Assembly: GCA_046563655.1 (NCBI GenBank)
Contig: CM102283.1
Location: forward strand, 8,184,001-8,248,000
Direction: 5' to 3'
Length of the DNA stretch: 64,000 bases
DNA from: Yuukianura sp. NJ FZ-2021
Lineage: Eukaryota
Shown: in pieces, positions 1 through 16,098 of the stretch
How the letters are laid out: each line of letters starts with the position of its first letter
Numbering within the stretch: position 1 is the stretch's first letter
Program-made: the position numbers and the translations under genes
The notes under the pieces: model-generated
Seen by the model: the letters and a program-made list of their open reading frames with translations, nothing else
Database searches by the model: none
What the model was told of the DNA's origin: nothing

Positions 1-2976
1 CGCGCCGCGGATTCAATCCAGGCCTAAGTATGAAAAAAAATCATGCCCAAAAAATTTTTTAACAATTTTTGAATTTTTAAACTTTGCTAACCAGTAGTTC
101 CTCGCGACGATTTCGCTCCAATTTTTTCCACTCAATTCGTCGTTGCTTGTCTACTTCTCGGCTGACCTCAAAAACGGCTCTGAGTTTGACCCGAAACAAG
201 TAGTCGTGTTTGACCAATGCAAACTTTCGGCGAATTGCTCGCTTCATGTCAATGACCTGTGCAAAAAAAAATTAGGATTTGAGAAATATTTTACACATTT
301 ACACAGAACACGATTAGAGTAACTCACATAAGCTCCAAGGTAAGTTGCAAGATTATTTGTAAAAAGCGTTTTTCCAGCCAGTGGATGTCCAATGACATAA
401 AATTTTATTGGACTCGTCGGCATTGGTGGTAGCAGAAATGGACGAGGGTTTAGCTCGAATTGTTTGAATGCTTCTTCAGAACTCAGGAAATACAGTTTGT
501 CCAGAAATCTGTTCCAAATTTTAGAAAAATGAAATCCAAAAATCTGCAGTTGACACTTGTTTGGTTTTGCTTACCCAACTGCGAGTTGTGGTTTTCCAAC
601 GAGTGAGCGACCATACTTGAGTGCCACTGGACAGTAGTTCTTCCAGCCTGTCATTCTCCATTGAAACCGAGGATCCGCTCGACCCCGAATGACGCATGTC
701 CGTTCAATTACTTTCCAGTCAGGGTCTGGCTCGTCTATTTCCGGAAATGGCACGCAGGGGGCTTCCTCACCAAATTCGTCTAGATCTTCTCCCAAAAGAT
801 AATCGTACCTCCCTTGGTCACTGTCGGCTATCAGCTTCACCGGCGTTGGAACAGGCGTCACACCGAACGTTGTCAGAAACTCACCCAATTTCTACACAAT
901 CAATAAAAATGCTAAAACGTAGGGTTGGTAAGTAGCGAAGGATGAAACCTTGTCAACGCAATGAAATCCAGTCCTAGTGTAACCTAGTGAAATATAATGA
1001 AACGAACTATAAGGCTGTCAAATCCAGTGTAACGCTATGAAATCCAATGTAACGCTATGGAATGCAGTGTAATCAACGAAACCAAGTGTAATATAATGAA
1101 ACAAACTGTAACGCCATGAAATCCAGTGTAACGCAATAATACCCTGTCCAATCCAGTGTAACGCTATGAAACCCAATGTAATATAATGCAACGTATTGTA
1201 ACGCTGTGAAACCCAGTGTAACGCTATAAAACTCTGAAATCCAGGGTAAGGCTATGAATCCCAGTGTAATGCAGGCCAGACAGACAGACAAGGCCGATGC
1301 ATAAAATAGCTTTCGCTATTTAATAAAAATAGTACGTAACTCACCTTGTACAATTCGCTTGGTAAACTGTAACCGCTGAGTTCCAGGACCTTCCTACTGT
1401 CAAAAGTGTCCACAAATGATTGGCACAGCGGAAGAGCCTCTTTGTAGTTATGGAAGTCTTTTTTAATCTGCTCTGGCCGATCTTGGTCACGTGACCTCAA
1501 GCGACCCAGGACTTTTGCATCAAGCGGCTTGAATTCCAGTTCCACTTCAGGCTTTGGTTTCTCTTCTTCTTCCTATTTTCCAAAAATCAAAACTTTTAAG
1601 TAACAATTTTTTAAACTCAAAAAACGAAATCAAGTTAACAATTGTACCACAGTTTCAACCACATCAGGGTCTTGTTCAACTGTAGTCCGACTTCGACTTC
1701 GGCTCGGACTTTTACTTCGACTTCGACTTCCAGAACCCCTGCTTCCTCCATCTTTGGTTTCTTCCTCATCTTCGTCCACCTCAAGCTTTGGTTTTAGAAG
1801 ACTAAAGTCGTCAAGTGCTGCCGTCGGAGCCTGAAGTTCAGATGCCATGTACTGCGGCATCGTATACTGCAAAGAAACAAAAATTTTGAAAAAACAAAAA
1901 GTTTTCAAAACTTTATTTTTACAAATTTTTTACCACAATTTTCGTCAGTGGATCGTGTTTTTGAAGTCTGCGGCGGTTGTACAAGTCCACATCTTGCATC
2001 TACACAAAAAAATCGATTTGTCCAAAATCTTCCAAAAAATCGTGTAATCTCCATGAAAATCTAGAAAATCGTTTTTACATGCAATAGAATGATGAAATCG
2101 GGTTTTCGCGGTAAGGAGTAAATGAATTTCATTTGTTCTTCAATTGTCATATCGGTTGCTCCAAGTATCGGAAATCCGTCCATGACATATCCTCTACAAA
2201 CACAAAAAATCGTTATTTGTAAGATAAAACTTACAATTAGCATAACATTTGTAAAATGAAACTTACCGATGCAGAACGTCCAATTCAGAAAGTCGACTGA
2301 GAACCAATGCCAGGGTGACACGGCTACTCAGCTCTCCATCTTTTCCTCTGACGATGTCGTTCCCATTGGGCAGACCATGGGCCAAATAGAAGTCATTGAT
2401 CGTTTGAGCTAAATTGACACAAAAGACAAAATTTTGAAAGTTATTCTTGAAAAATTAACTGAAAACATGAAAACTTACGTGAAATGAGTACCGAGTTTAA
2501 CTTTTTGGCCAATGGCACAGCAAGTGTGGATTTGCCAATTCCTGGTTTTCCAAGGAAAATGAACGATGGTGGACTGGTTGTTAGGACTTCCAGCTCAATA
2601 CGTGCATCTCCATAGGCGTTGTTTTCAGTTCTTGGAAGTTGAAAGGAAGAGTTGAGATGGGCGTAGATATTTCGTTCAATGTAGAGTCTGTCAGCATCTT
2701 CCACAATGTTGCGAGATACTGGTTGACCCCATGTCACTCCGTAGGGGTCATTTTGCGATACTTCCGGATCAACATCCGGATTCACTTGGTTCAAATAGTA
2801 GTCTTCCGCAGGCAGTACTTTTTCTTGTCCTCCACCATGACGCTTGAAGGCTTCTTTCTGAAAAAAGAAGACAGTAGTTGAATAAATACTCAAAATACTT
2901 TTCAAATGTGCTGCTGAAAACTTACTAGATTGAGATGAAGGTCAAGCGCCGTTGGACGGAGAGTCCACGAAGCCAT
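1..2976 (-). CDS. AK9: Adenylate kinase 9-like multi-domain nucleoside monophosphate kinase, 5' part (multi-exon; continues beyond left edge)
   Basis: ATG at 2976 (exon 2926-2976, MASWTLRPTALDLHLNL) splices in frame to KEAFKRHGG...; P-loop FIFLGKPGIGKST preceded by ARIELEVLTTSPPSFI; GYVMDGFP motif; later WRMTGWKNYCPVALKYGRSLVGKP segment resembles AK9 internal repeats. GT-AG introns throughout. Confidence 0.75.
955..1272. repeat. Intronic minisatellite, ~20-bp degenerate unit (AATCCAGTGTAACGCTATGA-like)
   Basis: Repeated aatccagtgtaacgct / aaatccaatgtaacgct / acccagtgtaacgct units inside an AK9 intron; explains spurious ORF 1073-1291. Confidence 0.85.
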
Positions 2977-3406
2977 TTTGCAAGTTCAAAAATACAATTC
3001 AAATCCTGGAGAGTTCCAGTAACGCTGCTGCTGCTGCCGTTCCGGATTTAGCCAGTGAAGCGGCCGTGCGTTTCAAAAAAAAATGACAAAAACCAAAAAG
3101 TAAAAAAACACAAACAAGACGCGACGACCGTATCCATGACAACACTATAAATATTTTTTATTAACTTGTTCGTCTATAGGGATTTAGAAATATTGGATAA
3201 AGTATAACGTGGAATCAAGAAATCAGTTCAGTATTTTCCAAACACAAAAATCATAAGCACTTTTTTACATTGAACTGATAAATATTCAAGCATAATCTAC
3301 TGTATATTTGTAAGATAGAAAAGAAGCGAATGAGTTCAGCAACGTTAACGTTGATGTTGGGTGACCTTTGACCTTGCAATCACTCTGTGTGATTTCTTCT
3401 TTTTAT

Positions 3407-6181
3407 TCAGCTCAACATGATGTCCGCCGTGAAGTCGATTCCTCTGCAACAAACAATTTTTCAACTTGATACTTTTCAGTATTAGTGGAAAAAAAATCGC
3501 TGAATTCAAAAACTTACGAATCCGGGATAGTATTTTTCTGTTCCTGCTGCTGAAAGTATCTTTTCTCTACCGCCGACGGGCCAAATGGATCCGAATCTGC
3601 CGAGTAACCGCCTCCGGCAGCCGTTGCTGCTGCTTGCGCCGCCGCGGCTGCTCTGGCGGTGGCCAAAAGAGAGGGCCCTTGGTAAGCCCCACCTGATGAT
3701 GAATCGGGTAGGTTAGTGTGAGTGTCAGGAGGGGGGACTCCGTTTTGCTTAGGTTTTGGCAGGATTGGTGTAAAGCCGAACTGATTAATTAACTCCATTC
3801 GGCCCTCAAAGTCATCAGGAACGTTTACCCCCGAGGACTCAAGTTCTCTCAGCTTCGCCAGCTTACCGGCCGTTAATATATGTTTACCCCCTCTCTCACC
3901 TCGTGACTTTGGACGAATCGGTCCACCTCTCGGCTGAAACGGAGCTCTTGGTCGCATTCCACCACGCGGTCCTTGGCCCAACAGCATTCGAGCTGGAGGA
4001 ACTGGAGGTGTCGGATACGGCTGCAAAAAATTAACAAAAAAATTAATCAAAAAACTTTCAAAATTTCAAAATTCTACCTAAAAATAGTACTACCTCTCCA
4101 CGTACAACTTTCCGTTTCGGAATTGGAATGGGGGCTCGCTGTTGCGCTCCTCTGCCGCGTCCTCTGGGACCGCCACGGCCACGCCCACCTCCGAATCCTG
4201 AAAATATAAATATATAATTAACATATTATATGAATTAAACTTTTATATTATATTATTACCCCTGCCACCTCCTCGTGGTTGTGCAAAACCCATTCCTCCC
4301 CTGGTTTGTGGATTCCTTGGGACCATATGAACATGTTCCATTAGCGGCATCCCATAAGATGGCTCAAGTGGCTCATCTTCGTAGTATTCCGCAGTATCTC
4401 CACGTCTCATGAAATCCACTCCAGCTCTTAGAACCGGATGACCTCCACGACCACGCGACGCATATTGTGGACGTAACAGTGAAGGTCCCATTCCACCATA
4501 ACGTCCTACTGGTGCTTCATACTCCGGTGGAGGATAGACTGCTGGTGGATAGTAGTCTTCTTCATAGTATTCTTCTTCTTCGTAGTATTCTTCCTGTTGG
4601 TTACCATAAAACTCTTCAGCTTGTGCTTGAGCTGAATACCCGCCCCCGAGGGCATAGTGAGCATTTGCTGGAGGTCTCGATTCTTGACGAAAGTGTTGCT
4701 GGCGGGAATATCCTGCTCCTGAAGACCTGTCTCAAAACATAAGTTCAATTAATAGATTATAATAAATAATATAAACAATAGTAGAACATAGTCTAATCTA
4801 CTAAAATTAAACAGAGGTAAAAATGAGCTAATCGATTGCGACGGTAGGATAACGAAAGGTTTAGATAAAATTTGTTTCCAAATACTGGAATGTCGGAAGA
4901 CGAACGTTAACACGTCTTGACCCGGAAAATTTGAAAAAATCGAAGCGATTCGCTTCCGGATACTTTTTCTACCGAGAAAAGTTCATGAGGAGTGTCATAA
5001 CATGAGAGTTATGTACGATGACATGAGAGTTATGTACGGAGTAAGTGAGACGAGTATAAGACAAAAGTTTGCGATTACTTAAGTTAATTTATGAAGTAAA
5101 TGTGTTTAACCGGTTGTGCTTTTAAGCAGTTACGTACGTCGCATTCCAATCCATTTGGGATGGGGGATGTCCGTATTGTTTTTCCGCTTTGAGATTTACC
5201 TTGACCGCTTCCACAAGGAGTTTCTTACCCTCCATTTCCATCGCACCGATTTCATTGATCGCAGTGCGAATGTCCCCGGTCGCTTCCATGCTCTAAAAAC
5301 AGGTCCAAGAAATTCCGATCGTACACTTAAATTGAAGTTACCTGAGATATGACAGCAGTTATTTATAGTTTCTAATTGCTTTGCTGTTTGATTGTGAGTA
5401 TTCAAGCATGAACACTTTTAAAGTAATCACGTTTTTCAATTAACGAGATTGCGCACATATAAACGTTTTTTTTTAGCTGTTCAATTTTATAGTCAGAGTG
5501 TCTGACTACTAACTAGCACACATCGTACATATGCGACGAATTCAAAATCAATTACTAATTGATTAATTTTGCGCGCGATCAAACCTATTTGCATAAATAG
5601 ACGAGCAGCAGCAAGCATTATCCGGTGTTGTACTTGTTTTGCACAACTTTTTAGTCCGTGTCCATAAAGGGAACCGGGACTTGACTACGAACTTACGACT
5701 ATCCCGTCCCCAGTCCTGCTAATTTCGGCTTCCAATACCAATCCAAACTTCTGGAATAGTTTTCGGAGTCCAACAGCATTCATATTCAACGGAAGATTCT
5801 TCACGGAAAGTTTAGTTCTGGCAATATTCGGTGGTTCAAGGTTCTTCGAAACGGAAACAGAAATAACCTTCCCATCGATCTCCTTTCTGTTCAAACCCAT
5901 GACAGCATTTCGGCCACATACCTCTTCCTCCATATGCTGTAAATCAATCAATCAATAAAACTAAGACTTATGCTTAGCATTGGTATATCAGTGTATGAAT
6001 CAGGACTTACCACAAATGCATAATTCTTCTTGAAAACTTCACACTCAACGGTTCGTCCATATTCTTCAAACAAAGCTTTCAGTTCCGAATTCTGCAGAGA
6101 ATCGGGTAAATTGCTAAGATAGATCTTGAACGTCGTTACTCTCTCGGGTTGTCTCTTCATGTAATGATGATTTGGAGCCAT
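3407..6181 (-). CDS. RNA-binding protein with two lark/RBM4-like RRMs, a Tyr/Glu-rich segment and RGG repeats
   Basis: ATG 6181; RRM1 TFKIYLSNLP...LFEEYGRTVECEVFKKNYAFV|HM; RRM2 KLSVKNLP...LFQKFGLVLEAEI... completed by exon 5138-5292 (SMEATGDIRTAINEIGAMEMEGKKLLVEAVK); then EEYYEEEEYYEEDYYPP, GGGRGRGGPRGRGRG, and last exon ending GIDFTADIMLS* (TGA 3409-3407) overlapping AATAAA. Confidence 0.8.
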
Positions 6182-7072
6182 TTCTCCTGTACTAGATCAA
6201 CTGCAAATTGTAAATCAAAATCATAAAACGTTAGCTTTTTCAAATTCAAAGTCCCAAGAACGTATAAATCCTATTTCCACGCCTTCTCTTAGACCGATTC
6301 GTCTTACCTTTCCAAACAAAATAAGTTATTGCTCTCTTCCAACACTTTTAAAGTGCAGTTACTGAGCAATTACTGGAGTCAATAAATTCGTAAATCGTAA
6401 TTAAACTTTAAGTGCAAACTAATAAACACTGATCGAGCACGAAACAACTGACTCAGATTAAAATCGGGGAGTTGGAGTAGAACGAATGAGGCGAGGAGGA
6501 GGACGAGGAGGGTTTTGTTTATTGTTTTTTCGAAAAATCCGTGATGGTGCATGCGCAATTCGAAAAAAAAATGCAAAGCGAGGAGACGCTTTTACCATTT
6601 TCCTAACGGTATTAGAATACGTAAACTATAAATAATGCATAATAATAACACATTTTAATTAGTTGAGTAATAATACAACTTAATTATCACTAATTTAGCC
6701 ACAGTATTAGTATTTACTTAAAGTTTCAAAGATTAATTTAGAATAGAGTTGCACTAGCAGTCACCCGCTTCCACAACCCAACCTCCCTCAAATCAGCTGA
6801 CTTCCGAGTCATCATGGCGGGAACCAAATTTTCAATTTTTTATTCTGCTGTCAAAACAGAAACATCATCTGTTTCGTTTCATTTTCCAGTCAATACGTCT
6901 GTCTAGCGTTTAGTTTAATTAACTGGTTTGTTAATTGTCAATTGCTTTGATGCGCTAATTACTGATTATATTCCTCCGAGTGCGTAGAGGGGTGATCACG
7001 AACGTCTGAACGTCATTGTGCCAGCGAACTCCATCCATTTCAATACTAATCCGTTGGAATTCGAATATAATC

Positions 7073-10000
7073 ATGGAACTATTCAAATCCGGATTGAAAA
7101 CGGTTTTGGGAACGTCCGGAAGTAGTTCAGGAAGTAGTGGCTCAGCAGTTGTTGATAAAGGGGCCGAAACGGTAAGTTGTAAGCATGTACTGTTCCTGCA
7201 CATGCGGTGAATGAATTATGTACATTGATTTTTTAACGTATTTTTAGATTGACAGACTAGTAGAGCGATTGAGGTCAGCCTCCTTGCTGGACGATAGAAG
7301 AGATGCGTGCCGTGCCCTCCGTTCTCTATCGAAGAAGTATCGGGTTGAAGTTGGTGCTCAAGGAATGGATGCTATAATGGATGTGTTGCATGTAGACAGA
7401 ATCGATTCAGAAATTACTGAATATGCGCTAGAGACACTTCAAAATATCACATCACCGGAACTACTTGAAGATGAAGATGAGAATCAGCCTAATGTTGGAT
7501 CCCAGTTTACGGAAATCTTTATCAAGAAAACGGATAATGTTGCTACGCTACTATCAACACTAGAGGAATACGACTTTAGAATTAGATTGAAACTTATTCG
7601 TCTTCTCACAAACTTGCTTACCAATCGTCCTCGGGAGATGCAAGACGTGTTACTTGTGAGTCCAATGGGTATTTCCAAAATGATGGATCTTTTGAGTGAC
7701 GCGAGGGAGGTTGTTCGGAATGAGGTAAATTCACCAAAAATTTTCAATTAACTTACTTAAAAATGCTCATCTTATCTTATACTTTTAGGCTCTACTGCTT
7801 CTAGTTGCTTTGACCAAAAGCAATGCCAGCATTCAAAAAATCATTGCCTTTGAGAACGGGTTCGATAAAATACTGCAAATTATTCAAGATGAAGGATATT
7901 CCGATGGAGGACCAATTGTAGAAGACTGTCTTCATTTATTCCTCAACTTACTCCGAAGTAATACCAGTAATCAAACATTCTTTCGGGAAGGTGAGACCAA
8001 ATTATAATTTAGACACTCAATTGATAAGTGGTGTCAACGATTTCAAGATTTGATTTTTTTTCTTTTTACGCAGGAAGTTACATCAAGAAACTGCTGCCAT
8101 TTTTCAATTTGCCTTCTGACGATGACATTGGATGGTCAGCCCAGAAAGTCTCCAACTTCTATTACATGCTCCAAATTGTGCGAACTTTGGTCTCTCCGCT
8201 GAACCCTAGTCAAGTGACACACTCCTGCCAGAAAGCCATGAACCAATGCGGAATTCTGGAATCGCTTTCGAAGATTCTGATGGCCAATGGAGTACCGGTA
8301 GAAACTCTGACAGAAGCTATTGTGACTGTTGGGGAAGTTATACGCGGTTCACCCGAAAATCAAGGCTATTTTTCTACAGTCATTGCCCCCTCGGAACCTC
8401 CGCGGTATGTCAATAAGTAAGAGTAGACTGAAAATTGTTCGAAAGTATTCACAACTTTTTTTCAATTCAGGCCTGCTCTGGTGCTAATTCTGATGACACT
8501 TATAAACGATCGTCAGCTGCTGAGCCTAAGATGTGCTGTTCTCTACTGTGTCCAGTGCTTTCTTTACAAAAACGAAGCCGGTCAAACAGAAATCATCACC
8601 ACACTACTTCCAGGATCCGCTCCCCAAGGTATCTGCTTCATCGTTCATCGAGTATCTTATGAAAATAAGTTTCATAATAAATATGGATTTGAATGTGCTT
8701 ATTTTTCAGCGTCGCATACCGTCAGCGCAGGACAGTTGATCTGTAGCGGACTTTTTAGCAAAGATACTTCCGTCAATTGGTTCTCCTCGATAGCTTTGAG
8801 TCACGTTTTACTACACAATGTTACCCAGAAGCAAGCTCTGTTGAATGTCCAGTTAGTGGCAAAGCCTGGTCAGCCTCCGATGTCTCTGTTGAACCATATT
8901 CTGGCAACGCTGCAGCAGGTACACAGTGTCAGCAAACGATCAGTTACTATTGGAGTTCATGATTTGAAGTAAACTGTGTTTTCAGGACATCAAGACTGAA
9001 GTGAAGCTAGGATTTCTTCAACTGCTATCGGTTTGGCTAGAGTCTTGTCCCGAAGCAGTAACTCATTTCCTATCCAATGCCAAATCAATTCCATATTTAA
9101 TTAATCAGGTAATGTTGCTATTTTTAGGATTTGCAGGCTTCTAGTCGACTAGTAGTGTAAAAATGATTGATGTTTTTTAGATCACCTCGACGGATTCAGA
9201 TGAGAAAGCGTGCATTGTGCATGGTCTGTGTGCCTTTGTAATGGGACTTTGTCTCTACTTCAATTCCAATAGTGTGCCAGCATTCACCAAGGTTAGTTAA
9301 CTAGTGAATTAATTAGTTTGATTAATTTAATTTGAAAGTTCTGTTTCAGGAAGCTCTGCACCAACTCATCACCAACCGAATTGGAATGGACACAATTACG
9401 GACGGCCTAAACCAAATTTCCAAATCAGAACCATATTTGCATTCCCTAAAACATCCTCAACTCTTAGCAAAACATTCGAAAGACATGGCCTTTGATCACG
9501 ACTTCTGCCTTCTATTTCGCAAATACGAGTCTCTCATTCTCCATCAACTGAATAATGAAGCGCATCATCATCAGCAACATCTGATCCAGCATCATAATAC
9601 TAAACCAACCAATCACATCCAACCTACGAGTTACAGTGTTTCGAGTCGTGAGTCTCCAAATGAAGTGATCAATCGATACAAAGAAGTTATTCGGGGGCAA
9701 GACGATACGATTGAGATGCAAAAGCAAGAAATCAAGCATCTCAATGCGCACTGCGCAGAGTTCAAGGTACTCATCACAGCGTTTGCAGTTTCCACATAAT
9801 CCAAATATATCCATCATCTAAGTTAAGTCATGTTTATCTTTTTAGAGCAAATGCGATGAATTAGCTGCGGAAGTATTTCAGTTGAGGAATCAATTGGCTC
9901 TTGCTCAAGCACATAATGAAACGGTCCAAATGCTGTCCCGAACTGTTCCGGAAGATCAGCATCTTTATGTTGTGGCAGAGAAAGACCGAAAAATTGAAGC

Positions 10001-10325
10001 TTTGGTAAAAATTGAAACTATTTTGAAAAAATCTTATGTTTTTTAGTTTTTTTAATGTTTTTTTTTTGTTTTGCAGGAACTGCAACTACTAAAACTGGAA
10101 CAATTGCAACAGCAGCAGCATCTTTCGAACGGTCCAAGCTCCGGGAAGCCGAATGCTGCTCATGAAGACCTTGTAACTAAACTGGAAGAAGAAAACAAAG
10201 TGCTGGTTGAAGAATTGGAAAAGGTAAAGAAAGAACAAGAGGTGCTGCTGGAACTACTGGCGGATTTGGAGGAGGGTGGAAATGAAAACTCGGAAGGTGG
10301 AACTTTACATTCAGGAAATTCTTAA
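7073..10325 (+). CDS. USO1: General vesicular transport factor p115 / Uso1
   Basis: ATG 7073 MELFKSGLKTVLG; conserved LLDDRRDACRALRSLSKKYRVEVGAQG, SPMGISKMMDLLSDAREVVRNE, IQKIIAFENGF, LRCAVLYCVQCFLYKNE; C-terminal coiled coil KKEQEVLLELLAD. About 10 exons; extreme C-terminus uncertain. Confidence 0.93.
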
Positions 10326-11097
10326 GGTCAAAGGTCAGGTTAGCATGTCTTCAAAACTTTCGTATTCTGATTCCGCTTCAATTCATAGACTACTATCTAC
10401 ATATTTCGAATTCAATGTAAATTTTAATGAAAGCTTAAATATATTTTATTCTTATTTCATAGTTAACCACGTGAGTTTGTGACAGTTTCTTGTTCCTGGA
10501 AGCTTAGAGACTTTTCCTGGAAGGTGGAAGTTTTTGTTGTTCGTGGAACGGAGGTGCTTAGTGTAGTAAATGTCATGGGAAATCAATACTTTTTTTAAAC
10601 TGCGCCTTCCAGGAACTCCGAGTTTGCACATCTTCCGGATTTAGCATAAGTAAAAAGGAGAAAGGTCGAGTAAAAAAAGAAGTTTTTTTTGGCTCTCGAT
10701 TCTATTTGTGTTTATACACATCTGGAAAATCGGGAAGTTTCCAATAACACGAAATTTCAGAAATTTCAGTACTTTTTTTTTGGGAATCGTGTGTGATTCG
10801 TGCTTGGTTGATTAAAATTAGTAAATGCATTGCTGTACGGTGTTTGATGTGCGAGTGAGTTTGAATTTTAGATTCTTTCGATGCATTTCTGGATTGACAA
10901 GAGAGCTACTTCGTGTCACTACGGCCGAAGAAGGCCCAATTTTCACAGTGAGTTTGAATTATCGGGTAAAAAGTTTCAAAAATTGATCTAAACTTTCAAA
11001 ATTTGATGGTTTTTAAATTTTTTGAATAGATGGTGCTTTAGCTACCTCGTTTGGCAGAACTAGACGATCCAGATCACATTCAAATCCTGATAGAGGA

Positions 11098-12234
11098 ATG
11101 GCCTCGAGTTCATTGACCCCAACCACTACGACAGCGTCGGGTCGACGTGGTGCGAAAAGTCAAAATTTTGAAAAGTTTAAATTTTTTGAAAAGTGTATTA
11201 TTTATGTGTTTTGGGCAGGATCAACTGACAGCTTTACGACACGTCACTATCACTATACCAGTCGATTTCAAGTTCAACCAAGTCAGGGTTCAAGAGTTGC
11301 CTCCTCTAGCAGTCTCCCTAGACGTCCATCATCAGCATCAGCGTATCGCCCTATTCCAGATCCAGCGATTCGTCGAGCACTGGAAGAACTGGATGCTGAA
11401 CTTCGTCTTACCTTTCCTTCTACTTCAGCATCAGACCGAACTTCAAACTGTTTCAACTCTAAGCAACTCGGACTCTGTTTTTGTTTCCTCGGATTCGTTC
11501 TGCTCTGTACCGTCGCTGGAAAGTTTATCGTCGAAGGGCCAGCAATAATCGACGCATCACGACGTCCGTTGCTCCCGAACATGTCCGAACCCAAGTCATC
11601 TCCCTCCGTGACCTTCTTCTTCGCCACTGAAGTTATCTTTGTTGCTTTTGCTCTCGGCCTGTTCTTTGCCGGAGTCAGCTGTCTCCGGAAACGTACAAAT
11701 GAGTACCTTATGCGCCAGTTTCGTCAACACATAATCAATAGTCGGAGGGAGTCGGAGATAGAACGAGGCGGAACACAGAGTAGCAGAAGTAGCGGAGCAA
11801 CGTTAATTTCAATGTCGGAGGAAGAGGGCACTGGAAGCCCTGGAGAGCTGGAAGGCGGATCGCTGTTTCTGGCTGGAGGCAGAAGAGAGAGCAGAAATCA
11901 GCGCAGAGGGAGTCGATTTACGCTGGACACAGAGGTCAACGGAGGTCAAAGTGGCAGAAATCGAAGGTGCTACAATTATGCTTACGGATGTCAGCAGTTG
12001 CTTCAAAGTATGCAGAAACCACCTCCGTACGATGTTGCCCTTTACTTGCCGCGTCCAAACCAACAACGGCCGCATCACACTTCAAATATTCCCGCCACAG
12101 TCACCGTTTCAAATTTTACCGCCGCCACTTCGGAAGATGATATTGAAAAATTCGCGTGCGTCGTAAGCCCCTCCCCTTCCAGAACTGAAACTCCACCGCC
12201 CTCGTACCACCTTCAGTTTAGCTTTGAAATATAA
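11098..12234 (+). CDS. Uncharacterised two-pass membrane protein with C-terminal PPxY motifs
   Basis: 378-codon ORF, with probable 69-nt intron 11150-11218; hydrophobic segments QLGLCFCFLGFVLLCTVAGKFIV and VTFFFATEVIFVAFALGLFFAGVSCL; tail motifs KPPPYDVAL and TPPPSYH. Confidence 0.72.
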   Translation: MASSSLTPTTTTASGRRGAKSQNFEKFKFFEKCIIYVFWAGSTDSFTTRHYHYTSRFQVQPSQGSRVASSSSLPRRPSSASAYRPIPDPAIRRALEELDAELRLTFPSTSASDRTSNCFNSKQLGLCFCFLGFVLLCTVAGKFIVEGPAIIDASRRPLLPNMSEPKSSPSVTFFFATEVIFVAFALGLFFAGVSCLRKRTNEYLMRQFRQHIINSRRESEIERGGTQSSRSSGATLISMSEEEGTGSPGELEGGSLFLAGGRRESRNQRRGSRFTLDTEVNGGQSGRNRRCYNYAYGCQQLLQSMQKPPPYDVALYLPRPNQQRPHHTSNIPATVTVSNFTAATSEDDIEKFACVVSPSPSRTETPPPSYHLQFSFEI

Positions 12235-12524
12235 TTGAAACGGGGAGTTAATTAGTTAACTAATTAGTTAAACTAATTAACTCTCAGCTTGTTGTTAATA
12301 AAAATTTAATTTGTTGAACCTACTATACTAGGTTTGTACTACAACATTTGTAGTATAAACTAAATTGCTATGAATGTACAAAATGCAAAGAAGTGGAAGA
12401 GATTCGTCAAAATAACGTTTCAGCAGGAACTATTTTTCTAAAATTTAAAATAAATAAGCGTTGAACATTGATTAATCAATCGATTAGTCAATTGATTAAT
12501 CAATGATTCTTATTTAAGATGCTT

Positions 12525-15157
<2,633 letters not shown>

Positions 15158-16098
15158 GTTACCACCACCAATACCCAGCCCCAGTGTTAAGCTCAAGAAA
15201 CAAGACTACAAAACTGAACTGGAGAATGCTGGATTCAATTGGTTAATCAAATCTGCGTCGTTTTATGTCCCAGATCATCGGTTAGTCTATACAAAAGACA
15301 ATGTTACAATTAGCATTAGCAATGATAAAATATGAACTAACGCAAGACTTTTATCGGTTGTTACCCGCTTTAGTGACTGGAAACAGCCTTCCTCTGAACA
15401 TGGAGGGAGATTCAACAGATGAAAGTTTAACAGCAATTTGCCTAGATTAATCGGTGTTAAAGCGTAGATTTATGTTGCTTTTGAACCCCACCACTGATAG
15501 GAGGGCAGTACAAAAACAACGCAACTGGACAAGTATTGCAATTGCAAAGATAAAAAACAATTCAAAAACAGAAGAATGCAATGAATGAGTGAAAAAAAAA
15601 TTTTTTTGCCCTCTCTTTTGAATGAGTCAGATTTGAATAAAACATCAAATTCAAATATTCCCGCCTGCTTTCACTTTGTTCAACTTTCACTAGAGAAATT
15701 TAGGGAAGGACGCTAAGGAGAAAGCAGAAGACTTCGTAAAACATTGTACACTTTCTACGATAAGATGAAGAATTAAACTGCTCAAACTTACACTGAATTT
15801 TTATTTATCATTTTTATCAGAAGAGTGAGTATTTTGCAACCGTTATGACCTTTGCCCTTAAACCATTTGACACATTGACCTCGTCTCTATGTACTACTAG
15901 TATTATGTTTACACATTAACTTTTCCATTTATAATTAAATGACGTTTTACAAGCTGTAACACTTGACAAAAATATATCGTATGCGACACTCTTCTTGGAG
16001 ATCTCTGGATGTCCATATTTCAGTCAACCTCTGACATTTGAACTTTTAAGTTTATCCAAAAATTTACCCTGCAATAAATTATGCTGCCTCTTCTTTTC

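Noticed and set aside
955-1291. ORF 1073-1291 with periodic hydrophobic sequence
   Set aside because: Translation artefact of an intronic minisatellite.
15365-15401. ATG-led mini-exon as first coding exon of the zinc-finger gene
   Set aside because: Its phase does not join the downstream reading frame at the visible acceptors; more likely 5'UTR or a uORF.
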